A stretch of DNA of 64,000 nucleotides from positions 1,216,050-1,280,049 of the forward strand of contig CAWGMA010000001.1 in NCBI GenBank assembly GCA_963823555.1, read 5' to 3'. The position numbers and the translations under genes were made by a program. Below the pieces are notes generated by a model. The model saw only the letters and a list, made by a program, of their open reading frames with translations. It was not told where the DNA came from and did no database searches. Shown here in pieces: positions 9,130-19,136 of this stretch. Position 1 is the stretch's first letter. Each line of letters opens with the position of its first letter. Source of the stretch: Candidatus Eiseniibacteriota bacterium (GTDB lineage Bacteria > Eisenbacteria > RBG-16-71-46 > CAVPCR01).

Positions 9130-10193
9130 GAATCCAGGTGGCCACGGTCGATCTGGAGACGCAGCTTCCCTTCATCACGGCCCATGGCGGTTCGCGCCAG
9201 CATCAGAACGTGCTCGTCCAGATCGAGCATGAAGGTCTGATCGGGCTCGGAGAAGCCGCACCCACTCCCTACCATGGCGAGACGGTGGCCAGCGTCAAGG
9301 CGGCGCTCTCGACCATGATCCCCGCCGTCGAGGCGGTCGGCAGCCCCGTCCAGCTCGAGGCGATCCATGGCGCCATGGATCGCGTGCTGGCGGGCAACCG
9401 CGCGGCCAAGGCGGCGATCGATATCGCCTGTCATGACTGGATGGGGAAGCGGGTCGGGATGCCGCTCTACGCTCTGTTCGGACTCGATCCCACCTCGGCT
9501 CCGCCGAGTTCTTACACGGTGCCCATCGTACCCCTCGAGCATCTGCGCCAGGCGATGGCTGCGGGCGAGGGCTTCGGCGCCTTCAAGGTCAAGATGGGTG
9601 ATCCCGGGGATGGCGAGCGCTTGAGCCAGGTACGCGCCGCCACGCAGAAGCCGATTCGCGTCGATGCCAATGCGGCCTGGAACGCAACCGAAGCGATCGG
9701 CCGGTTGCCAGAGCTCACGGCCGCCCACGTCGAGCTCCTGGAGCAGCCGGTCGCCGGGGACGACCTTCTCGGGCTGGCCCGCGTGCGCGACGCATCGCGC
9801 ATTCCGGTTCTCGCCGACGAGCCGGCCCTGACCGCGCTCGACGTGCCGCGCCTGGTGGGGATGGCTGACGGCGTCAACGTCAAGCTGGCGAAGGCGGGAG
9901 GAATCCGTCCCGCTCTCGCCATGATCCAGGTGGCGCGCTCCCTGGGGCTCCGGATCATGCTCGGGTGCATGATCGAGTCCTCGATCGGGATCGCTGCTGC
10001 CGCCCACCTCTCGCCGCTGGTGGACTGGGTGGATCTGGACGGCCACTTGCTCCTTGCCCGCGATCCTGCGCGCGGGCTGTCGCTTGTCGGGGGCCGCGTC
10101 GAACCGCGGGCGGCGCCGGGGCTCGGCGTGGAGCTCACCGCACCGGTGTTCGATCGCGGGGAAGGCTCGGACCGGGAGCGCCCCTCCTCATGA
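9126..10193 (+). CDS. dipeptide epimerase (L-Ala-D/L-Glu epimerase, enolase superfamily)
   Basis: Enolase-superfamily metal ligands (KVKMG..., IRVDANAAW, LLEQPV, ADE). ATGA overlap with DUF1611. Confidence 0.8.
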   Translation: MRIQVATVDLETQLPFITAHGGSRQHQNVLVQIEHEGLIGLGEAAPTPYHGETVASVKAALSTMIPAVEAVGSPVQLEAIHGAMDRVLAGNRAAKAAIDIACHDWMGKRVGMPLYALFGLDPTSAPPSSYTVPIVPLEHLRQAMAAGEGFGAFKVKMGDPGDGERLSQVRAATQKPIRVDANAAWNATEAIGRLPELTAAHVELLEQPVAGDDLLGLARVRDASRIPVLADEPALTALDVPRLVGMADGVNVKLAKAGGIRPALAMIQVARSLGLRIMLGCMIESSIGIAAAAHLSPLVDWVDLDGHLLLARDPARGLSLVGGRVEPRAAPGLGVELTAPVFDRGEGSDRERPSS

Positions 10194-11116
10194 GCGGCCA
10201 TCACGGCATGGGCCACCAGTCGGAGCGTGGCGTTCTCGAGCGGCGCCTGCGGGTGGCCTTCGTCATCACGGCGCTCATCCTCGTCGCGGAGGTCGCCGGC
10301 GGCATCCTGACGAGAAGCCTGGCGCTCCTCTCCGATGCCGGGCACGTCTTTACCGATCTGTTCGCCCTCGGCATCTCGGCGTATGCGCTCAGCCTCTCCC
10401 GCGTGCCTCCCGACTCGGCGCGCACGTACGGCTATCACCGGGCCGAAGTGTTCGCAGCGCTCGCCAACGGGATCGGCCTCGTGGCCATCTGCGTCTGGAT
10501 CGTGGCCGAGGCCGTGAAGCGCTTCCAGGCCCCGGTCGCCGTCGATTCGGGCCCGATGACCGTCGTGGCCCTGGTCGGGCTCGCCGCCAACATCGCCATT
10601 GTGCTGCTCCTGCGCGGCCATGCCGGCGAGAACCTGAACGCCAGGAGCGCGCTCATGCACGTGATCGGCGATCTTCTCGCCTCGGTGGCCGTGGTCGGCG
10701 GCGGGCTGGTGATGTGGGCCACCGGCTTCTACCTGATCGACCCCATCCTGAGCCTGGTCGTCGTCGCCATCCTGGCTCGCGGCGCCACCCGGATCATCGC
10801 CGAAGCCTCGCACATTCTCCTCGAAGGGACCCCGCGCGGTATCGAGCTGTCCAAGGTGGAACGGGCCATCAGTCAGATCGATGGGGTGCGCGGAGTGCAT
10901 GATCTGCACATCTGGAGTCTCTGCTCCGAGTACGCGGCGCTCTCGGTTCACGTCATCATCCAGGAGCAGTCGACGAGCGATGCCCGGGAGATCGTCGACC
11001 GCGTCGGAAACATGCTGGCCGAGCGCTACCGCATCATCCATACGACGATCCAACCTGAAAGCGTGCCCTGCGCCGTCGAGGATTCGGCCGTTTGCTCGCA
11101 GGAGCACAGCCACTAG
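10190..11116 (+). CDS. czcD: cation diffusion facilitator family transporter (CzcD/ZitB-like)
   Basis: Six TM helices. HxxxD-type motifs (LLSDAGHVFTD, LMHVIGDLLASV). C-terminal cytoplasmic domain. His-rich N-terminus (SGHHGMGH). ATGA overlap with upstream gene. Confidence 0.85.
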   Translation: MSGHHGMGHQSERGVLERRLRVAFVITALILVAEVAGGILTRSLALLSDAGHVFTDLFALGISAYALSLSRVPPDSARTYGYHRAEVFAALANGIGLVAICVWIVAEAVKRFQAPVAVDSGPMTVVALVGLAANIAIVLLLRGHAGENLNARSALMHVIGDLLASVAVVGGGLVMWATGFYLIDPILSLVVVAILARGATRIIAEASHILLEGTPRGIELSKVERAISQIDGVRGVHDLHIWSLCSEYAALSVHVIIQEQSTSDAREIVDRVGNMLAERYRIIHTTIQPESVPCAVEDSAVCSQEHSH

Positions 11117-11142
11117 GGCATGACGCCCTGGGGGAGGTCGCG

Positions 11143-11952
11143 ATGCGTGTCACCATCCTCGGCTCGGGCACCCTGGTTCCCACGGGTATTCGCGGTCCGG
11201 CCGGTTATGCCGTCCATGTCGCGGACACGGTGCTGCTCCTCGATGGTGGTACCGGCACGCTCCGCCGCCTGGCCGAAGCCGGTATCGACTACCGTGCCAT
11301 CGACCAGGTCTTCTACACGCACATTCACCCCGATCACACCGGAGACCTGATCCCGTTTCTCTTTGCCCAGCGCCACACCCCGGGATTCCGTCGCGTTCGT
11401 GACCTGTGGGTCTCGGGGCCGCGCGGGTTCACGTCGTTCTACGAGCGCTTGACCGCGGTCTTCGATCGCTGGATCGCGAGCGATGGCTACGCGGTTAACG
11501 TGCGCGAGATGTGGGAGGGTGGAGTCGACCTGGGTGGGGTGCGCGTCGACGCCGTCGCGCTCCGTCATTCGGTGGCTGCGGTCGGCTATCGCATCACGGC
11601 TCCCGACGGGGCCACGGTGGCCTACACCGGCGACACCGATGTCACGGCAGCGGTGAGTGAACTGGCTCGCGACGCCGACCTCCTCATCGCCGACTGCTCG
11701 ACGCCCGATGAGGGCAAGGTGGAGGGGCATCTGACGCCAGGACTGGTCGGCGAGCTGGCGCAGGCCGCCCGCGTCCGGCATGTCGTCCTGAGCCATCTGT
11801 ATCCGGAATGCGACGGCGTCGATATCGAGGGTCAGTGCCGGCGCCGCTATGATGGCGAGGTCGTGCGGGCGCATGACCTGATGCGCATCGAGGTCCGAGC
11901 CGGAGCGCCGCTCGTGATCACCGCGGCGTCACCGGGACCGATCACGACCTAG
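11143..11952 (+). CDS. MBL-fold metallo-hydrolase
   Basis: HxHxDH motif (THIHPDHTGD) plus downstream His/Asp ligands. RNase Z/ElaC-like size. Confidence 0.75.
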   Translation: MRVTILGSGTLVPTGIRGPAGYAVHVADTVLLLDGGTGTLRRLAEAGIDYRAIDQVFYTHIHPDHTGDLIPFLFAQRHTPGFRRVRDLWVSGPRGFTSFYERLTAVFDRWIASDGYAVNVREMWEGGVDLGGVRVDAVALRHSVAAVGYRITAPDGATVAYTGDTDVTAAVSELARDADLLIADCSTPDEGKVEGHLTPGLVGELAQAARVRHVVLSHLYPECDGVDIEGQCRRRYDGEVVRAHDLMRIEVRAGAPLVITAASPGPITT

Positions 11953-11978
11953 CCGGGGGGCCGGGGCGGGAGAGCGTT

Positions 11979-13391
11979 ATGGCGGAGTCCTCGGGACAGC
12001 CGCTTGCAGACTGGGAGGCGCAGGTGCCGGCTACCCTGCGGGCGCTGGCTGCTCGCCTCGCCGCCGCCGGACACTCCGCCTACCTCGTCGGCGGCTCGCT
12101 TCGCGATCTCCTTCTTGGCCGGATCCCCGCGGACTGGGATCTGGCGACGAGCGCGGTCCCCGGTGAGGTGCGCCAGCTATTCGATCGCGTCATACCGACG
12201 GGCGAGAAGCACGGCACGATGACCGTCGTCATCGGCGATGTCGCCTACGAGGTCACGACGCTCCGCGAGGACGGGGTCTATTCCGATCGCCGCCGGCCGG
12301 ATCGCGTCGAGTTCACCTCGGATCTCGAGGTGGACTTGAGGCGCCGGGATTTCACCATCAATGCCATGGCGCTCGACCTGTCCAGCGGGGCCCTGGTCGA
12401 TCCCAGCAGCGGGCGTGCCGACCTCGCCGCCGGCATGGTCCGAGCCGTGGGCGACCCCGACCGGCGCTTCGCCGAGGATGCGCTCCGCCTGCTCCGGGCG
12501 GCCCGTTTCGCCGCACAGCTCGGGTTCACCATCGATGAGCCGACTCGAGCGGCGATGCAACGCCGGGCGGATCTCATCAAGGAGATCGCGCCCGAACGCG
12601 TGCGAGAGGAGTTGATGGCGCTCCTTGCCGCCGACCGCCCGGCGCTCGGGATCGCGCTCCTCTCTGCGGTGGGTGTTCTCGCCCACTTGATCCCGGAGCT
12701 GGAAGAGGGGATCGGCGTCACGCAGAACCGCTTTCATCGCTATGACGTGTTCACTCACGTGCTGTTCACGGTCAACCGCGCCCCGGCCGGGCGGCCGCGG
12801 GTCCGCCTGGCCGCGCTCCTGCATGACCTGGCGAAGCCGCGCACGCGTGAGCTCAGGGAGGGGGAGGCGACCTTCTACGAGCACGACAAGATCGGGGCCG
12901 AGATGGTCGATACGATCATGAAGCGGCTGCGCTTCTCGAACGCCGAGCGCCTGGCCGTCGTCGGTCTCGTCAAGAACCATCTCATCCTCTACAGCGCCGA
13001 ATGGAGCGACGCCGCCGTCCGGCGCCTGATCCGGCGCGTGGGGGAGGAGAACCTTCCGGACCTCTTCGCGCTCGCCGCCGCCGATGCCAGTGCGCGGGGC
13101 CGGGGAGCGGGGGAGCCGGCGGGGCTCCCCGGGCTCGAGAAGCGCGTTCGGGCGATCCTGGCCGCCCGGGATCGAGAATTGCCGGTCAAGCTCGCCCTGG
13201 ATGGGGCCGACATCATCGCTGCGCTCGGCATCGCGCCCGGACCCGAGGTTGGGAAATGGCTTGCGATGCTTCGGGAGGCCGTGATAGACGATCCGGGACG
13301 CAACACGCGCGCTGAGCTCCTTGCCATCTTGAGACGCAGTGCTCCAGGGATGGCGCCCGGTGTTCAGGGGGACCAGCCTGAAACTGAATGA
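11979..13391 (+). CDS. cca: CCA-adding tRNA nucleotidyltransferase with HD domain
   Basis: Pol-beta NTase motif GGSLRDLLLG...DWDLAT, RRDFTINAMA, HD domain (LAALLHDLAKP). Confidence 0.8.
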   Translation: MAESSGQPLADWEAQVPATLRALAARLAAAGHSAYLVGGSLRDLLLGRIPADWDLATSAVPGEVRQLFDRVIPTGEKHGTMTVVIGDVAYEVTTLREDGVYSDRRRPDRVEFTSDLEVDLRRRDFTINAMALDLSSGALVDPSSGRADLAAGMVRAVGDPDRRFAEDALRLLRAARFAAQLGFTIDEPTRAAMQRRADLIKEIAPERVREELMALLAADRPALGIALLSAVGVLAHLIPELEEGIGVTQNRFHRYDVFTHVLFTVNRAPAGRPRVRLAALLHDLAKPRTRELREGEATFYEHDKIGAEMVDTIMKRLRFSNAERLAVVGLVKNHLILYSAEWSDAAVRRLIRRVGEENLPDLFALAAADASARGRGAGEPAGLPGLEKRVRAILAARDRELPVKLALDGADIIAALGIAPGPEVGKWLAMLREAVIDDPGRNTRAELLAILRRSAPGMAPGVQGDQPETE

Positions 13392-13410
13392 GCGGCAGGG
13401 TCCTTAGGGA

Positions 13411-14841
13411 TTGGCCGACGTCGGCTTTTGGACCGCTGCACAGACGGCAAGACTCCAGGAGGTGGAGGTGATCGTGCCCTCTATCGAGGCCTTCCAGCGC
13501 GCATCAGATTCCCCGGCTCGGAGGCCGCGGAGACATGATCTTCTCCACGCCTGTTTTCTCGCCACCTCCCTCCTGATAGGCGCCCTGGCCATCAACTGCA
13601 GTCCCGGCCATGACGTGCCCCGCCCGGGGATGGGCGAGATTCGCCTCCTGGACGCGAGCCTCCTCGACCAGACGATGGCAGTGGCCGATCGGTTCGAGCA
13701 GGAAATCGGGCGCCACGGGTCCCTCTCCCGGGCCCTGGCGGGGGGTGCGGGGATACCGGCTGCGGCCGTGGACTCGTGGATCCACGCCTTCTCGGACGTG
13801 CTCGACCTCCGGCGCCTCCGGCCTGATGACCGCATCCTCGTCGAGTTCATGGAGTCTGGCAGCCCGGCCCGGGTCGAGCTGTTCCGCAGCCCGGCCGAGC
13901 GCTACGAGGCGGTGCGGACCGCTTCGGGGACCCTGTCGGCGCGACGGATTCCCGTCCTCAAGGAGGAACGGGTCCGCCATCTGGCGGGCGCTGTCGAGAC
14001 CTCGCTCTACGAGGCCATGCTCGCCGCCGGGGGCGACGGGGAGACGGTGGCCCGCATGGCCGATCTCCTGGCTTACGATGTGGATTTCTTCACCGACCCG
14101 CGTCCCGGAGATCGCTTCGACGTCCTGGTCGAGGAAACCTGGGTGGAAGGGGAGCGAGTGGGCGGCGGAACGATCCTCCTCGCCCGTTACGAAGGGCAGC
14201 GAGCTGAGCAGACGGCCTACCGTTTCACTGCGCCCGATGGACATGTCGACTACTACGATGCCGCCGGCGCGTCGCTCAGGAAGGCGCTCTTGCGCTCGCC
14301 GCTCAGCTACAGGCGGGTCACCTCGCACTTCTCGAACCGGCGCCTCCACCCGATCCATCGGACCTACCGCCCGCACTGGGGGGTCGATTTCGGGGCTCCG
14401 ATCGGGACGCCGGTGGTCGCCGTCGGCGACGGCACGGTCCGGTTCGCCGGGTACAAGGGCGCGAACGGGAACCTCGTCATCCTCAAGCACCCGAACGGGT
14501 ACGAGACCTACTATCTCCACCTGCATCGATTCGCCTCGGGCGTGCGCACCGGGGCCCGGGTGAAGCAAGGCCAGCTGATCGGCACGGTGGGGAAGACCGG
14601 GGTGGCGACCGGCCCCCATCTCGACTTCCGGGTCAAGCATCGCGGGCGGTTCCTCGATCCTCTCAAGCTGACCCTACCGCCGGGCCCTCCGGTTCCAGCT
14701 GACAGCCGGCTGGCCTATGCCACGGAGCAGAGTCGACTCGTGGCCCTGGTCAGCCGTATCGCCCCTGGGGAAGCCGTCCCCGCCAGCGAACTCGTACACT
14801 ATGCCGACGGTGTGAAGGTCGAGGAGGGCAATAACCTGTAG
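13411..14841 (+). CDS. M23 family metallopeptidase (MepM/Csd3-like murein endopeptidase)
   Basis: HxxxD and HLH motifs (HWGVDFGAPIGTPVVAVGDG...YYLHLHRFA...GPHLDF). N-terminal hydrophobic/signal segment. Start uncertain. Confidence 0.8.
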   Translation: MADVGFWTAAQTARLQEVEVIVPSIEAFQRASDSPARRPRRHDLLHACFLATSLLIGALAINCSPGHDVPRPGMGEIRLLDASLLDQTMAVADRFEQEIGRHGSLSRALAGGAGIPAAAVDSWIHAFSDVLDLRRLRPDDRILVEFMESGSPARVELFRSPAERYEAVRTASGTLSARRIPVLKEERVRHLAGAVETSLYEAMLAAGGDGETVARMADLLAYDVDFFTDPRPGDRFDVLVEETWVEGERVGGGTILLARYEGQRAEQTAYRFTAPDGHVDYYDAAGASLRKALLRSPLSYRRVTSHFSNRRLHPIHRTYRPHWGVDFGAPIGTPVVAVGDGTVRFAGYKGANGNLVILKHPNGYETYYLHLHRFASGVRTGARVKQGQLIGTVGKTGVATGPHLDFRVKHRGRFLDPLKLTLPPGPPVPADSRLAYATEQSRLVALVSRIAPGEAVPASELVHYADGVKVEEGNNL

Positions 14842-14893
14842 CCCTCGGGCCCCATCGCCGAAGGCCCTTCGATCGGCCCGTCTTGTTCGGAGG

Positions 14894-14946
14894 CCAGACG
14901 CCGGGTGTTGCGTTGCACTCATCCGGCGTCTGGTCTCTTTGCGTTT
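14894..14946 (+). terminator. rho-independent terminator downstream of M23 peptidase
   Basis: Perfect 11-bp stem CCAGACGCCGG / CCGGCGTCTGG (14894-14904, 14923-14933), 18-nt loop, followed by TCTCTTTGCGTTT. Confidence 0.5.
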
Positions 14947-14950
14947 GGAA

Positions 14951-14978
14951 GCGGAGAGCGGAAGGCGGAGAGCGGAGG
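14951..14978. repeat. tandem duplication of 14-bp unit GCGGAGAGCGGA(A/G)G
   Basis: Two adjacent copies with 1 mismatch, in the convergent intergenic region. Confidence 0.6.
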
Positions 14979-15069
14979 TAACAAAAGAACGCACGAGCAG
15001 CACCTCCGAGTGCCGCCCGTGCGCTCTAATTGAGCCCTAGGCCCTATGGGGTCTGCAGCGGGTCGCGCC

Positions 15070-15648
15070 TTACGGAGCGACGAAGTGCTGCTGGAAGAAC
15101 GACAGGTCGCCCAGGTCCGGCGCGCCACCGCTCAGGTTCAGGTCGCCCTGGAACCCGGGGCCGCCGGAGACGAACGCCTGCTGGAAGATCGAGAGGTCGG
15201 AGAGAGCGACGAGGGTGTTGCCGTCCTCGTCCGGGCTCGTGACCTCGTTCAGGGTGCGGAAGAGGCCCACCGACACGATGCGGATCTCGACGACCGCCGT
15301 GCTCTGGCAGGAACCGCCGCCCTGATCCAGCTTGGTCGCGTTCCAAACGACGTTGCCGTTGGCATCCGACGCCGCGTTCGGATTCAGGACCACTGGATTC
15401 TGGCACGGTGCCTTGATCTCGAGTTCGATGTCGTTCGCCGGCCAGTTGGCTACCGGCTGACCCGCCGCATTGCGCAGCGTGCCGTCAAAGGTGTATTGGA
15501 AAACGGGATTCCCAACTTCGATGTTCTTCGGGCTACGGCCCAGTCTGGAATCGAAGGTGCTCTGCTGCGGGTCCGGCACGTTCGCCAACGCCATCCCGGT
15601 GATGAGAACCAGGGCCAGACACACGACCGAGGAAACCGCAAGACGCAT
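15070..15648 (-). CDS. secreted hypothetical protein with two C-terminal dockerin-like (DxDGN..D) repeats
   Basis: Signal peptide MRLAVSSVVCLALVLITGMALA. C-terminal repeats DEDGNTLVALSDLSIFQQAF / DLNLSGGAPDLGDLSFFQQHF resemble dockerin type I Ca-binding repeats. Confidence 0.5.
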   Translation of the reverse strand: MRLAVSSVVCLALVLITGMALANVPDPQQSTFDSRLGRSPKNIEVGNPVFQYTFDGTLRNAAGQPVANWPANDIELEIKAPCQNPVVLNPNAASDANGNVVWNATKLDQGGGSCQSTAVVEIRIVSVGLFRTLNEVTSPDEDGNTLVALSDLSIFQQAFVSGGPGFQGDLNLSGGAPDLGDLSFFQQHFVAP

Positions 15649-15961
15649 TCTTGTACCTCCCAGGTGGGCCAGCCGCCACACCGTCGGTAACCGACGCTAT
15701 CCAAGGATGTTCGGGGCGTCTGCCAGCAAGCAGGGCCCCAGGCTCGTAAAGGAGTCTAGCAGATTCCCCGGACATGTGCAAAAGGCTTGTTTTGCTTCCG
15801 GATGAGGCCCCCCGGCAGCCCGGTTGAGGCTCCCCGGGGCCCGCCCTGCTGCGATGAGCCGGCTCCCCTGGGACCGGCTGCCGCCGGGCTTTCGTTGACC
15901 GGATTCGGCCCCGGATGCTAACCTGCCGGGCTTACAGCTGTTATGGCATCGGCCGGGGTCA

Positions 15962-16957
15962 ATGGAAGATGATCTGATGGTGGAGTTGGCCTTTCAGGTG
16001 CCCGTCGAGGCGGATCTCGCACGGGTGGACCGCCTGATCCAGGAGTTTTTCCATGCGAGCGCGAGCGGCCTGGCCCGCGATGTGGCGCGGCACGTGCTCG
16101 CAACCAATGGCAAGCGCGTGCGACCGACGTTGCTGCTCCTCGTGGCGCGGCGCCAGCGGGAGACGCCGGAGCGCGCGATCCTCTCCGGGGCGGCGGTCGA
16201 GCTCATTCACATGGCCACGCTCATCCATGATGATTCGATCGATCGCAGCATGCTGCGGCGTGGGCTGCCCACCATCAATTCGATGTATTCCGACCAGGTG
16301 TCGATCATCATGGGCGACTTCGTCTATTCGAAGGCGTTCGCCGTGATGGTGGAGCGCGGGCTCTACCGGGAGATGGGTATCCTCGCCGAGACGGCGCATG
16401 TCATGAGCCGCGGCGAGATGCGGCAGCTCGAGCGCAAGAACCGCTTGACCTCGACCGAGGCCGACTACCTGGAAGTGATCGACGAGAAGACGGCATCCCT
16501 GTTCCATGCCGCGTGCACGATCGGAGCCATCGCTCGCGGCAGTTCGGAAGAGGAAATCGCCGCCCTCGGTCGGTTCGGGATCGCCTACGGGCGCGCTTTC
16601 CAGATCACCGACGACCTCTTCGATTTCATCGGTGAGGAGGCCGTGATGGGGAAGGCTCGCGGTTCGGACCTGAAGAGCGGGCGGGTGACCTTGCCGGTCA
16701 TCGCCGCGCTCGCCAATGCCTCGCCGCGCGAGTGGAGCCGGATCGAGGAAGTGGTGTTGAGCGGGGGGCTCGCCAACGGGTTGTGGGACGAGGTGGTGTC
16801 GTTCATCGATCTCAAGGGTGGCGTGGACTACTGCTTCGAACGTGCCGCCCATCATGCCCGGGAGGCGCGGGCGATTCTCGAAGAAGTCGACCTCGACACC
16901 GACTCCCGCCAGGCGCTGGCGGCAGCGGTCGACCATGTCGTGCAGCGCCGGCGCTGA
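15962..16957 (+). CDS. ispB: polyprenyl diphosphate synthase (octaprenyl/heptaprenyl-type)
   Basis: FARM (LIHDDSIDRSMLRRG) and SARM (FQITDDLFDF) aspartate-rich motifs. Confidence 0.85.
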   Translation: MEDDLMVELAFQVPVEADLARVDRLIQEFFHASASGLARDVARHVLATNGKRVRPTLLLLVARRQRETPERAILSGAAVELIHMATLIHDDSIDRSMLRRGLPTINSMYSDQVSIIMGDFVYSKAFAVMVERGLYREMGILAETAHVMSRGEMRQLERKNRLTSTEADYLEVIDEKTASLFHAACTIGAIARGSSEEEIAALGRFGIAYGRAFQITDDLFDFIGEEAVMGKARGSDLKSGRVTLPVIAALANASPREWSRIEEVVLSGGLANGLWDEVVSFIDLKGGVDYCFERAAHHAREARAILEEVDLDTDSRQALAAAVDHVVQRRR

Positions 16958-17140
16958 TTCAAGCCGAGGAGCGAGCGACTGGAACGTTCGGAGACGAGCC
17001 GAAGGGCAAGGCGGCGGCTGAAGCCACAGGAAGAAGCGCGCGCGCTCGCCCGCACGGCGGCGGAGCACGCCGCGAGCAAGAAGGCCGAGGACATCCTCGT
17101 TCTCGACCTGACCGGCCTGTCGCCGGTCTGTGATTTCTTT

Positions 17141-17374
17141 GTGATCTGCCACGGCGAATCCGACATCCAGGTCAAGGCCATCGCCGACGCCGTGGTCGAA
17201 GGACTGGAGCACGAGGGTGCCGGGCCCTGGCACGTCGAGGGCTACTCCGGCCGGAGCTGGATCCTCCTCGACTACGTCGATGTCGTGGTCCATGTCTTCC
17301 ATCGTGACGCCCGCCTCCACTATCGCCTCGAGGACCTGTGGGGAGACGCGCCCCGCGAGGTGCTCGAGGCCTGA
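17141..17374 (+). CDS. rsfS: ribosomal silencing factor RsfS (Iojap); conserved N-terminus extends in-frame upstream to about 17030 without a canonical start
   Basis: DFFVICHGESDIQVKAIADAVVEGL...WILLDYVDVVVHVF matches RsfS. In-frame upstream AEHAASKKAEDILVLDLTGLSPVC is also conserved, but no ATG/GTG/TTG exists in any frame across 16958-17129. Confidence 0.7.
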   Translation: MICHGESDIQVKAIADAVVEGLEHEGAGPWHVEGYSGRSWILLDYVDVVVHVFHRDARLHYRLEDLWGDAPREVLEA

Positions 17375-17433
17375 CGGGCTCCCGCCAGCCGCTCGCGGCT
17401 AGGCGCCGATCGCCCGGTCCTGGGGTAACCCCG

Positions 17434-19086
17434 TTGATCGACCAGTACCTCAAATCCGAGCTGGCTCGAGCGGCATGCGCCGTGCTCGATCTGGCGCCGT
17501 CCGATGTGCCTGACGTGCCGCTCGAGGCGCCGCGGCAAAGGGAGCACGGCGATCTGGCTTCGAGTCTCGCCCTGGTCCTGGCGCGGGCCCACAGGCGGCC
17601 GCCGCGGGAGCTGGCGCTTGCCCTCATCGATCGCCTGACGCTCGATCCGCGGCGCGTGGCCCAGGTCTCCGTGGCGGGGCCGGGGTTCATCAACTTCCAG
17701 CTGGGAAGTCCCTGGATCCTGGAGCAGCTCGCCGGGATCTTGACCCATTCCGAACGCTTCGGGGACAGCGCCGTCGGCGCTGGTGCGAAGGTGCAGGTCG
17801 AGTTCGTGAGCGCCAATCCGACGGGCCCGCTCAATGTCGTGAGCGCGCGGGCGGCCGCGGTCGGCGATACCCTCGTGCGTCTTCTCAGGGCATCGGGCCA
17901 CGATGCGGCGAGCGAGTTCTACGTCAACGATGCCGGCCGGCAGGTGCAACTCTTTGCCGAGTCGATGGCGGCGCGCCTCGAACAGGCGAGGGGCGACGAG
18001 GCGCCGATTCCCGAGGAGGGCTACCACGGAGACTACGTCCGTCTCGTTGCGGAGGAGGTGGCGGCGGCCGGCGCCCTGGATGGCGTGCCCGCGGGCGAAC
18101 GGCTGGAACGGCTTCGCGAATCCGGCATCGCGATCATGTTGCGGGAGCAGAAGAGCCACCTCGAGCGTTTCGGCGTCGAGTTCGATGTCTGGTTCCGGGA
18201 GTCGTCGCTGCATGCCTCGGGTGCCTTGGACACGGCGCTCGCCGAGCTCAAGGACGCCGGCTATGTCGTCGAGCGTGACGGCGCCCTGTGGTTTCGGACG
18301 ACGGCTTTCGGCGACGATCAGGATCGGGTGGTCGTGCGTTCGGACGGCATGCCGACCTACTTCCTGGCCGACATCGCCTATCACCAGAACAAGCACAAAC
18401 GCCGTTTTGAGCGCGTGATCGACATCTGGGGACCGGATCACCACGGGCATGTGCCCCGCATGCAGGCCGCGGCGCAGGCGCTCGGCCATGGACCGGACTG
18501 GCTCGAGGTCCTCATCGTGCAGCAGGTGAACCTCCTGCGCGGGGGACAGCCGGTGAAGATGTCGAAGCGCGCCGGCGAGTTCGTGACGCTGGATGAGCTG
18601 GTGGCCGAGGTCGGGCGCGATCCCGCGCGCTTCTTCTTCCTCATGCGGCGGACCAACGCCCATCTCGATTTCGATCTCGATCTGGCCAGGGCGCAGACCG
18701 AGGAGAATCCCTGCTTCTACGTGCAGTACGCCCACGCCCGGATCGCGCAGATCCTGGCCAACGCGCGCCGGCAGGATGTGACGGAGCGCACGCCGGATCA
18801 GGTCGAGTTCGAGCGTCTGACTGAACCCTCGGAGCTCGCGCTGGCCAAGCTCCTGGTCACGCTGCCGGAGGTGGTGAGCGGTGCCGCCCTGTCCCGCGAA
18901 CCGCACCGGATCACCACGTACCTGCGCGAGGTGGCCGCGCTCTTTCATCGCTTCTATCACCTGGAGCGCGTGGTGGGGGTCGAGGAGGAGCTCATGCATG
19001 CCCGGCTCGCCCTCACGCGGGCCACGCAGGTCGTGCTGCGCCGCGGCCTCGGGCTGATCGGCGTCAGCGCGCCGGATCGGATGTAG
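17434..19086 (+). CDS. argS: arginine--tRNA ligase
   Basis: TTG start (LIDQYLKSELARA aligns with the E. coli ArgS N-terminus MNIQALLSEKVRQA). Class I motifs (HIGH-like SANPTGPLNV, KMSK as VKMSKR). DALR anticodon-binding C-terminus. Confidence 0.85.
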   Translation: MIDQYLKSELARAACAVLDLAPSDVPDVPLEAPRQREHGDLASSLALVLARAHRRPPRELALALIDRLTLDPRRVAQVSVAGPGFINFQLGSPWILEQLAGILTHSERFGDSAVGAGAKVQVEFVSANPTGPLNVVSARAAAVGDTLVRLLRASGHDAASEFYVNDAGRQVQLFAESMAARLEQARGDEAPIPEEGYHGDYVRLVAEEVAAAGALDGVPAGERLERLRESGIAIMLREQKSHLERFGVEFDVWFRESSLHASGALDTALAELKDAGYVVERDGALWFRTTAFGDDQDRVVVRSDGMPTYFLADIAYHQNKHKRRFERVIDIWGPDHHGHVPRMQAAAQALGHGPDWLEVLIVQQVNLLRGGQPVKMSKRAGEFVTLDELVAEVGRDPARFFFLMRRTNAHLDFDLDLARAQTEENPCFYVQYAHARIAQILANARRQDVTERTPDQVEFERLTEPSELALAKLLVTLPEVVSGAALSREPHRITTYLREVAALFHRFYHLERVVGVEEELMHARLALTRATQVVLRRGLGLIGVSAPDRM

Positions 19087-19136
19087 CGCTCACCAGCGCG
19101 ACGTTCGCTACCCATGAATCAAAGAGGAGGGATGTT

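Noticed and set aside
15893-15921. TTGACC ... GCTAAC as possible promoter for ispB
   Set aside because: The -10 element is poor and spacing is ambiguous; not reported as a feature.
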